Assembly (NCBI GenBank): GCA_965248845.1
Contig: CBDFKO010000002.1
Span: 2,012,564 to 2,076,563, forward strand
Direction: 5' to 3'
Length of the DNA: 64,000 nucleotides
Source of the DNA: Acidobacteriota bacterium
GTDB lineage: Bacteria > Acidobacteriota > UBA890 > WLXD01
Within the stretch, counting starts at the first letter, position 1. Every line of letters begins with the position of its first letter. Below, one piece after another: positions 28,849 through 36,246 of the stretch. The translations under genes were made by a program, and so were the position numbers. Under the pieces are notes generated by a model that saw only the letters and a list, made by a program, of their open reading frames with translations, was not told where the DNA came from and did not search any database.

Positions 28849-29073
28849 TCATGACGCATACCGCCGATTCTCGAAACGACCGCGGGGGTCGAGCCAGAAG
28901 CTACCGTCGAGCTCGAAGCTCACGGAGCCTTGGGTGCCCTCGGGCATGTCGTAGCCGATCGCCGCGGACAGGGGCCCGATCGGACGCGGCCCTCTGCGGC
29001 TGGCGTCGGCGAGCTCGGCCCGCATGGCAGCCAGCGCCTCCAGCACTGCCGCCTCGCCCATGCTCTCGCGCAC
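28849..29073 (-). CDS. Hypothetical small protein (74 aa)
   Basis: GC3-rich ORF between the cupin and cyclase genes on the same strand. No homology recognised; could be spurious. Confidence 0.3.
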   Translation of the reverse strand: MRESMGEAAVLEALAAMRAELADASRRGPRPIGPLSAAIGYDMPEGTQGSVSFELDGSFWLDPRGRFENRRYAS

Positions 29074-29160
29074 GCTGGCGGCGATGCGGTTCTCCAGGAA
29101 GTCCTGCAGGCTATCCTCGAGGGGATCGTTTCGCAGTAACGGTCAGTTCCTCATGACGCG

Positions 29161-29535
29161 TCAGGAGGGCGTTTCGTCGAGGATCTCGATCTTGTCGGGT
29201 GCGTTGGGCACGACGCAGAGGAACTCGAACGGTGCCTCGAGCACCTCGTAGGAGTGCGGTACCCCGGCTGGGATGTAGACGGCGTCGTCGGCCTTGACCT
29301 CGTGCGCCTTCCCGCCGATGGTCACGCGGCCGCGGCCGCGCAGCACGTATTGCTCGTGCTCGACGAGGTTGGTGTGGGTCGGCATCCCGCCGCCCTCGCC
29401 CATCACGAAGCGGCGCATGGCGAAGTTGGGCGCGCCGTCGTCGGGGCCGAGCAGCACCTGGGTCTGCGTGGCCGCCCCGGCAGGCACGTCGTTCAGGGTG
29501 ATCTCGCCGCTGGGCTTCACCGTGCCGTTAGACAT
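29161..29535 (-). CDS. Cupin-domain protein
   Basis: Two cupin motifs: G(x)5HxH-like GGGMPTHTNLVEHEQY and PAGVPHSY. Confidence 0.72.
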   Translation of the reverse strand: MSNGTVKPSGEITLNDVPAGAATQTQVLLGPDDGAPNFAMRRFVMGEGGGMPTHTNLVEHEQYVLRGRGRVTIGGKAHEVKADDAVYIPAGVPHSYEVLEAPFEFLCVVPNAPDKIEILDETPS

Positions 29536-29538
29536 ATT

Positions 29539-30693
29539 TCATTCGCTCCGCGGCCTCCTAGGCGGCCGCACCGGCCCGCCGCTCGGGTCGATGCCGGACT
29601 CCAACGACCGGATGTACAGGTCGCGTTTCGGGTAGGGGATCTCGATACCGCTGGCGTCGAAGGCGTACTTGATCTTCTCGGTGAGCGCGTCATCAACTGC
29701 CCGCCGCTGGCGGGCGTCTTCGAGCCAGACTCGAAGTTCCAGATCCACTGACGAGGCACCGAAGTTGCGCAGGATGCAGACCGGCGGCGGTTGCGGCTTC
29801 ACGCCGTCGCTCGTGCTGGCGATCTCGAGCATGATGCGCTTGGCCTGCTCGACGTCGACGTCGTAGCCGATGCCGATGGGGATACGAAGCCGCACCGTGT
29901 CGCCCGACGCCGTCCAGTTGATGATGTCGCGGTTCATGATCTCGCTGTTCGGGATGATGACGATGATGTTGTCGGTGGTGCGGATCTTGGTGGCGCGAAT
30001 GCCGATCTCGATGACGTCGCCCCAGGATGATTGCCGGGCAGGAGTGCCCCAGAGCTGGATGCGATCGCCGACCTCGAAGGGACGATCGATCACCAGGAGG
30101 ATGCCGGCAATCAGGTTGGCGAGCGTATCGCGGGCCGCCAGCGAGAACGCCAGCCCAGCGACACTGGCCCCGGCAAGGATCGGGGTGATGTCGACGCCCA
30201 GATGGCGAAGGCCGGTCATCACCGCGGCGCCGATGACGAGTATCTGGATGGTCCGGCTGATCCAGGGCAGCGCCGTGTCGTCGATCTTCGTCGCGGTCTC
30301 GGCGGCGACCTTCTGCTCGAACACCTTGAGCAGGTCGGCCAGGAAACGGCTCACCGGTATCGCCAGCGCGATGATCCACACCGTCACGATGAAGTTGCCG
30401 AAGCTCGGAAGGTCCCAGATGCTGGCCAGCCGCCAGGCACCCCAGAAGCTGACGGAGATCATCAAGACGCGGCTCACCATCATCAGGAGCACGTCATCGA
30501 GCTTCGTCTGGGTGCGGGAGGTGACCTGGCGCTCGACATAGCGCAGCAGGAGCCGCCCCAGCCAGAGCACGACCAACACGAGTAGCAGCTGCCCGGCAGT
30601 CTGGCCCACGCGCGGCAGGACGAAGTCGCGGGCGCTCTCGAGCCAGGCGCGCCAGTCGAGGCTCGTGAGATCGAATCCGAGGATGTCTTGCAT
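29539..30693 (-). CDS. Mechanosensitive ion channel, MscS family
   Basis: Three TM helices followed by the conserved MscS beta domain (PFEVGDRIQLWGTPARQSSWGDVIEIGIRATKIRTTDNIIVIIPNSEI). Confidence 0.85.
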   Translation of the reverse strand: MQDILGFDLTSLDWRAWLESARDFVLPRVGQTAGQLLLVLVVLWLGRLLLRYVERQVTSRTQTKLDDVLLMMVSRVLMISVSFWGAWRLASIWDLPSFGNFIVTVWIIALAIPVSRFLADLLKVFEQKVAAETATKIDDTALPWISRTIQILVIGAAVMTGLRHLGVDITPILAGASVAGLAFSLAARDTLANLIAGILLVIDRPFEVGDRIQLWGTPARQSSWGDVIEIGIRATKIRTTDNIIVIIPNSEIMNRDIINWTASGDTVRLRIPIGIGYDVDVEQAKRIMLEIASTSDGVKPQPPPVCILRNFGASSVDLELRVWLEDARQRRAVDDALTEKIKYAFDASGIEIPYPKRDLYIRSLESGIDPSGGPVRPPRRPRSE

Positions 30694-30800
30694 GGTCGCA
30701 ACCTGGTTGTTTCGGGGGCGGACTGCACGCTAGCAGTCGCGAGCGCGGGCGCACAAGCAAACCCTGCGACCCGAGCAAGGTTGGTCTACCCTGGAGCGCC

Positions 30801-31439
30801 ATGCTGAGCCCGAACCAGCTTCGCAAGGCCGAGCGGCGCCTGGGTCGTGCCGATCCGGTCATGCGCGCGACCATCGCCGCCTGCGGCCCTTGTCGGTTCG
30901 ACGAGACCCAGCGTCGAGATCCTCTGGCGGCGCTCTATCAGACAATCATCGCGCAGCAGATCTCGACCGCTGCCTCCGGCAGCATTCATCGGCGTTTCAA
31001 GCACTTGTACGGTGGCCGCTCGCCCTCGGCGCGAGCCCTGCTGGCCACGTCGGACGCCGATCTGCGCTCGGCCGGACTCTCGCGCCCCAAGGTTTCGTAC
31101 CTGCGCGACCTGGCGCAGCGCGTTGCACATCGGCGTCTGCGCCTCGGCGGTCTGGAGCGCTTGAGCGATGCCGAGGTGATCGAGACCCTGAGCGCGGTCA
31201 AGGGGATCGGGCGCTGGACGGCGGAGGTGTTCATGCTGTTCCGGCTCGGCCGTCTCGATCTGCTGCCGGTGGACGACCTCGGGCTGCTCGATGGGGCCAA
31301 GGTGCTCTACGGCTTGCCGCGGCGGCCGGACGCTGCGGCGCTCGAGGCTCTGGCCGAGTGCTGGCGGCCCTATCGATCGGTCGGCTGCTGGTATCTGTGG
31401 CAAGGGCGACGGCGCGCGCGCGGGGAGAGGCTGCGGTGA
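30801..31439 (+). CDS. DNA-3-methyladenine glycosylase II (AlkA-like, HhH-GPD family)
   Basis: HhH-GPD motif LSAVKGIGRWTAEVFMLF with catalytic Asp in LLPVDDLGL. Confidence 0.8.
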   Translation: MLSPNQLRKAERRLGRADPVMRATIAACGPCRFDETQRRDPLAALYQTIIAQQISTAASGSIHRRFKHLYGGRSPSARALLATSDADLRSAGLSRPKVSYLRDLAQRVAHRRLRLGGLERLSDAEVIETLSAVKGIGRWTAEVFMLFRLGRLDLLPVDDLGLLDGAKVLYGLPRRPDAAALEALAECWRPYRSVGCWYLWQGRRRARGERLR

Positions 31440-32173
31440 GAGCACTCGGCTCCGACTGGGAGGATCTGGAGGCCGAGGTGATCGCCTGCCGCGCGTGTCC
31501 GCGTCTGGTGGAGCACCGGGAGCGGGTGGCGCGGGACAAGCGCGCCGCCTACGCGGATCACGAGTACTGGGGCCGGCCCGTCCCTGGCTTCGGTGATCGC
31601 CGGGCGCGGCTCGTTCTGGTCGGCCTGGCGCCGGCCGCACACGGCGCCAACCGGACGGGCCGCATGTTCACGGGCGATCGGTCGGGCGACTGGCTGTACC
31701 GGGCATTGTTCGAGACCGGGTTCGCTACCCAGGCGGAGTCGGCGGCGCGTGGCGACGGGTTGGCGCTCAACGATGCCTTCATCACAGCGGCTAATCGCTG
31801 TGCGCCCCCGGGGAATCGTCCGACGCCCGCCGAGCGCGACTCCTGCCGCGATTTCATGGAGCGCGAGCTCGAGCTGATCGATACGGCAGATCCCGGGATC
31901 CGGGTCATGGTGGCGCTGGGTCAGTTTGCCTGGGATCAGACGCTCCGGATCCTGCGTGATCGGGGTGCCGGGGTGCCGCGCCCGAAGCCGCGCTTCGCTC
32001 ACGGAGGGGAGTCGATCGTCGGCTCCACGGGTCGGGACCGGTTTCCTCGCCGCGACCTGGTGCTGCTGACCTCGTATCATCCCAGTCAGCAGAACACCTT
32101 CACGGGAAAGCTGACACGGCCGATGCTTCGCGACGTGTTCGAGCGCGCCCGAGACTGCCTGGGACGATGCTGA
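31436..32173 (+). CDS. Uracil-DNA glycosylase, family 4/5 (Fe-S type)
   Basis: GTG start overlapping the alkA TGA. CRACPRLV and GLAPAAHGANRTGRMFTGD motifs typical of UdgA/UdgB. Confidence 0.8.
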   Translation: MRALGSDWEDLEAEVIACRACPRLVEHRERVARDKRAAYADHEYWGRPVPGFGDRRARLVLVGLAPAAHGANRTGRMFTGDRSGDWLYRALFETGFATQAESAARGDGLALNDAFITAANRCAPPGNRPTPAERDSCRDFMERELELIDTADPGIRVMVALGQFAWDQTLRILRDRGAGVPRPKPRFAHGGESIVGSTGRDRFPRRDLVLLTSYHPSQQNTFTGKLTRPMLRDVFERARDCLGRC

Positions 32174-32598
32174 AGAAACACCTCCTTGCCCTGGCTGCCG
32201 CGGTCGGGTTTGGCGTTGTCGCGGTCTGGCTGCCCTCGGTCGCCGATCCGGCGGCTCCCGTGATGGACTCGTGGGTCCGCGCCGCCGTCGAGCGCCCGTC
32301 GGTCTGGACCTTCCAGGCGTTCTTCGTCGTCGGCTTCCTGGTCGGGATCTTTGCTCCGATGGGCTGGCTGGACCCGCCGCTGTACGCGGCCGCGATGGTA
32401 GGACTCTTCCCGCTCAAGGCCGCCAAGGAGATGGCGCAAGGCGCGGCCTGGGTCGATTGGCCACGCGAGTTCTACCTCCACGCGGCGTGGCTGATCCCGG
32501 CCCTGCTGGGACTCGCGGTGGGCAAGCTGATCCGCGATATCCAGCGCAAGAGCCGCAAGCCCCCCGGATCCGGGAAGGGACGTCAGCGCAAGCGCTGA
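32167..32598 (+). CDS. Hypothetical membrane protein (143 aa)
   Basis: ATG overlaps the udg stop (ATGCTGA). Three to four TM helices and a basic C-terminal tail. Confidence 0.5.
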   Translation: MLKKHLLALAAAVGFGVVAVWLPSVADPAAPVMDSWVRAAVERPSVWTFQAFFVVGFLVGIFAPMGWLDPPLYAAAMVGLFPLKAAKEMAQGAAWVDWPREFYLHAAWLIPALLGLAVGKLIRDIQRKSRKPPGSGKGRQRKR

Positions 32599-32653
32599 GC
32601 GCAGACGGCCATGGCACCACGGCGAGCCACGGTATTTGCCTGGCGAGGGCGCA

Positions 32654-34453
32654 TTAGCTGTCGGTGTCGGACCGCAGCACTGAGAGGAAGGCCTCTTGGG
32701 GGATCTGTACCTGGCCGAAGCTGCGCATGCGCTTCTTGCCTTCCTTCTGCTTCTCGAGCAGCTTGCGCTTGCGGGTGATGTCGCCGCCGTAGCACTTGGC
32801 GGTGACGTCCTTGCGCATGGCGTTGATCGTTCGCCGCGCGATGATGTCGCGCCCGATGGTGCCCTGGATGGGGATCTTGAACTGGTGGCGCGGGATATGC
32901 TCCTCGAGTTGCTTGCAGGCGTGCATTGCCCGACCGCGTGCCTTGTCGCGGTGCACCAGCATGGCCAGGGCGTCGACCTGCTCCCCGTTGACCAGGATGT
33001 CGACCTTGACCAGGTCGGCCTTGCGGTAGTCGAGGACCTCGTAGTCGAAGGAGCCGTAGCCCTGTGTCGTCGACTTGAGCCGGTCGTAGAAGTCGAACAG
33101 GACCTCCGCCAGCGGCACCTCGGCGGTCACCTCGACGCGACCCACGACCAGATAGTTGAACGCCGTATTCACGGCACGCTTGTCCAGCAGAAGCTCCATG
33201 ACCGGGCCGAGATAGCGGTCGGGCATGAGGATCGAGGCCTTGATGTAGGGCTCGCGCGCACTTTCGATCGCCGCTGGATCGGGATACTCGGCGGGGTTCT
33301 CGACGATTCGTATCTGGCCATCGGCGGTGGTGACCTCATAGCGCACGGAGGGCGCCGTCAGCAACAGGGGAAGGCCGTACTCGCGCGTCAGACGCTCCTG
33401 CACGATGTCGAGGTGCAGCAGTCCCAGGAAGCCGCACCGAAAGCCGAAGCCGAGGGCACCCGACGAGTCCTTCTGAAAGGTCAGGGCCGCGTCGTTGAGC
33501 TTGAGCTTGTCCAGCGCTTTGCCGAGCTCCTCGTACTCGTCGGAGTTGACCGGGAACATCGACGAGAAGACCACCGGCTTGGCGGCGACGTAGCCTGGCA
33601 GCGGTTCGTCGGCAGGCGAGCTGGTCAGCGTGATGGTGTCGCCGACCTCGATGTCGCTGACCGACTTGATGCCGGCGATGACGTAGCCCACGGAGCCGGC
33701 CCCCAGCTCCATACCCTTGTGGCGGCCGAGCTGCAGCAGCCCGAGCTCCTCGATCTCGTACTGCGCGTCGCTGTGCATCAGGTGGATCTTGTCGCGCGGT
33801 CGCAGCCGCCCGTCGAAGACGCGAACCAGCAGCACGGCGCCGCGGTAGGGGTCGTATTCGGCGTCGAAGATCAGGGCGCGGAGCGGCGCCTCCGGGTCTC
33901 CGCCTGGCGCGGGCAGCCTGGCGACCACGGCCTCGAGCACGCCGTGGACCCCGGCTCCGGTCTTGGCGGAGCACTCCACCGCCTCGAACGGGTCCAGCCC
34001 CAGGTCGGCGTCGATCTCCTCGCGCACGCGGTCGGGATCCGCCGCCGGCAGGTCGATCTTGTTGATTACCGCGACCATCTCGAGCTCGTACTCGAGCGCC
34101 AGGTACATGTTGGCGACCGTCTGCGCCTCGACCCCCTGGGCGGCATCGATCAGCAGCAGTGCTCCTTCGCACGACATGAGCGAGCGGCGCACCTCGTGTG
34201 AGAAGTCGACGTGGCCCGGGGTGTCGATCAGGTTGAGCGTGAAGGTCTCGCCGTCGTCCGCTTCGTACGAAAGTGTGATCGTGTTGCTCTTGATCGTGAT
34301 GCCGCGTTCCTGCTCCAGCTCCATGGTGTCGAGGAGCTGGTCGTGGAACTCACGTTCCGAGACCGCGCCGCACTCCTGGATCAGCCGATCGGCCAGCGTC
34401 GACTTGCCGTGATCGATGTGGGCGATGATGCAGAAATTGCGGATCTTGTTCAT
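32654..34453 (-). CDS. lepA: Elongation factor 4 (LepA)
   Basis: MNKIRNFCIIAHIDHGKSTLADRL G-domain and full-length colinearity with LepA (599 aa). Confidence 0.95.
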   Translation of the reverse strand: MNKIRNFCIIAHIDHGKSTLADRLIQECGAVSEREFHDQLLDTMELEQERGITIKSNTITLSYEADDGETFTLNLIDTPGHVDFSHEVRRSLMSCEGALLLIDAAQGVEAQTVANMYLALEYELEMVAVINKIDLPAADPDRVREEIDADLGLDPFEAVECSAKTGAGVHGVLEAVVARLPAPGGDPEAPLRALIFDAEYDPYRGAVLLVRVFDGRLRPRDKIHLMHSDAQYEIEELGLLQLGRHKGMELGAGSVGYVIAGIKSVSDIEVGDTITLTSSPADEPLPGYVAAKPVVFSSMFPVNSDEYEELGKALDKLKLNDAALTFQKDSSGALGFGFRCGFLGLLHLDIVQERLTREYGLPLLLTAPSVRYEVTTADGQIRIVENPAEYPDPAAIESAREPYIKASILMPDRYLGPVMELLLDKRAVNTAFNYLVVGRVEVTAEVPLAEVLFDFYDRLKSTTQGYGSFDYEVLDYRKADLVKVDILVNGEQVDALAMLVHRDKARGRAMHACKQLEEHIPRHQFKIPIQGTIGRDIIARRTINAMRKDVTAKCYGGDITRKRKLLEKQKEGKKRMRSFGQVQIPQEAFLSVLRSDTDS

Positions 34454-34492
34454 GGTCGTGGTCGGAGCCGCCGTCCAAGGTAGCGACGGTCA

Positions 34493-34664
34493 GGAGGCCG
34501 TGGTGAAAGTGTGATGGGTCTGTAACCCTTCGGGCAAGTAGGGGTTACGGGCGATGGCCGCGTCGCACCTCCTCAACGATGTTGTCGCATCGCCTCGTCG
34601 CTGCTTCTTGCCCTCACCCGTAAGACCTACTTGCCAGACCCACCACACTTTCACCACGGCCTCC
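34493..34664. repeat. MITE-like element copy 1 (172 bp) with 30-bp terminal inverted repeats GGAGGCCGTGGTGAAAGTGTGATGGGTCTG
   Basis: Left arm GGAGGCCGTGGTGAAAGTGTGATGGGTCTG and right arm CAGACCCACCACACTTTCACCACGGCCTCC are reverse complements (1 mismatch). A subterminal inverted repeat (GGGCAAGTAGGGGTTACGGG / CCCGTAAGACCTACTTGCC) gives a long hairpin. A second copy lies at 51160..51369. Confidence 0.8.
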
Positions 34665-34689
34665 TGGCTGGAGGTACCGGCGGCGTCAA

Positions 34690-35649
34690 GTGTATGCTCG
34701 ACCCTGCCGGCGCGTAGGTTGGATTCTGCCCGGCCGATCTCCTGCGGAGCCCCACGTGTTGCGATCGATGTTGGTCCCCGCGATAGTCTTGTTGCCGATT
34801 GTCACCGTGTCGGCACCGGTGGCGGCGCCCGGCCAAGCTGGCCAAGTTTGCCTGGCGATCGCCCCGTTCCAGAACACGAGTGACTGGGGCGACAATGCGA
34901 TCGGACTGGCGGCCGCCGCTGAGCTCGCCGACCTGCTGTTCGAGACCGGCGAGTTCACCATCGTCGGCCCCACCGAGATGGCACCCGTGATGGAGGATCT
35001 CGAGGTCGAGGCCATCACCCCGTTCGACGTGAGGGTCGCGGAGGCCGCGGGTGAACGGGTCGGTTGCCCCTATGTCCTGGCTAGCCGGGTTTCGAAGTTC
35101 ACGGTAGACAAGTACTCGGGGGGTGTGAGCTTGATCCGAGGAAGCATGTCACGTGCCTCGGCGACCATCGACGCCTATCTGATCGATACCGATGCCGGCG
35201 AGATCGTGCTCAACGTCGAGGGAAGTGGCAGCAAAACGGCCGCTGGTGGGTCGGTGAACAGGGTCCGGGCCCAGATCGAGGGCGACGTCGGTGCCGCCCG
35301 CGAGACGCTACGGCCCGCCATTCGGGAGCTTCTCGAGCAGATATTGCCGCGGGCCCGTCGGTTACCCCCACCCGTATTTCGCCTGGGGGGCAACGTCGTC
35401 GGGACCGGCAGCCCGGAGGGAACCGTCTACATCGATCGAGGCGACAACTTCGACGTGCAGCCGGGGCAGCGGTTCGCGGTCTACCGCGTGCTCCAGGAGA
35501 TCCGCGGCACCGACGGCGAGCTGCTTGATCAGATCATCGATCAGGTCGGAATCGTCGAGGTCGAGCGGGTCCTGACCCGATCGTCGGTTTGCCGCCTGGT
35601 CGAAGGCGAGGCCGTCGAGGGCGACACCGTGCGTGCCGAGGGGACCTGA
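34690..35649 (+). CDS. CsgG-like periplasmic lipoprotein (curli-production/transport component family) with extra C-terminal domain
   Basis: N-domain resembles CsgG (LAIAPFQNTSDWGDNAIGLAAAAELADLLFETGEFTIVGPTEM; DAYLIDTDAGEIVL). Probable start at MLVPAIVLLPIV (34768). Confidence 0.55.
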   Translation: MYARPCRRVGWILPGRSPAEPHVLRSMLVPAIVLLPIVTVSAPVAAPGQAGQVCLAIAPFQNTSDWGDNAIGLAAAAELADLLFETGEFTIVGPTEMAPVMEDLEVEAITPFDVRVAEAAGERVGCPYVLASRVSKFTVDKYSGGVSLIRGSMSRASATIDAYLIDTDAGEIVLNVEGSGSKTAAGGSVNRVRAQIEGDVGAARETLRPAIRELLEQILPRARRLPPPVFRLGGNVVGTGSPEGTVYIDRGDNFDVQPGQRFAVYRVLQEIRGTDGELLDQIIDQVGIVEVERVLTRSSVCRLVEGEAVEGDTVRAEGT

Positions 35650-35678
35650 CTCTGGCGACCTGGTTTCCCCGGGGCCTG

Positions 35679-36164
35679 CTAATCGGCATCGCCCTTGACG
35701 AATGCGATGTGCCCGACGGTCATCGAGACGCGCTCGCGTTCCCCATCCTGCGCGACGCCGAGTCCGCTGACCTGATGCAGCAACAGCCGGCAGCGCTCGC
35801 CGCGATTGACGATATCGAGTTCGATCTCCGGGTACTCCTCGCCCTTGTCCACCTCTTCGGCGAGCTTCGGGCTCGACTTGTCGATCGCCTTGGTGAAAAC
35901 GACATCGGCGACGGTCGTGTTGTCGGTGCGCTCGGCGGAGCCGCACGTCTCGACCATCTCCCGGTTGACGGTGAAGGAGAGCACGTCGATCCACCCCCGG
36001 TGAGCGGAGTCGGTGCTGTCGCCGGTGATGTCGCGGATCTTGATTTAGGCGGGGTAGGTCGTTGCCCAACCGACGGAGGCGGCGCCGGCAAGGACGATGA
36101 CGAGGACGATGCTGGCGATCGAGATCAGGCAGCGTGGACAGCGCATCGGTGCTCCCTTGGTCAT
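35679..36164 (-). pseudogene. Hcp-like (T6SS tube-protein family) gene with N-terminal hydrophobic extension, interrupted by an in-frame TAA at 36045..36047
   Basis: Minus-strand frame reads MTKGAPMRCPRCLISIASIVLVIVLAGAASVGWATTYPA-TAA-IKIRDITGDSTDSAHRGWIDVLSFTVN...FTKAIDKSSPKL.... This matches the Hcp N-terminal beta-strand and FTKxIDKSSPKL signature. There is no ATG/GTG after the stop upstream of the IKIRDITG strand (the ORF-track GTG at 35984 lies inside the Hcp domain). The combined length of 161 aa equals a full Hcp. Confidence 0.55.
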
Positions 36165-36246
36165 GCGAGGCAGTGGATCAAGAGACCGTACCAAACTTGC
36201 AGAGCAGAGTCGCGTGGGCGCTACTGGCGATCAAAGGGGTCTGCCA

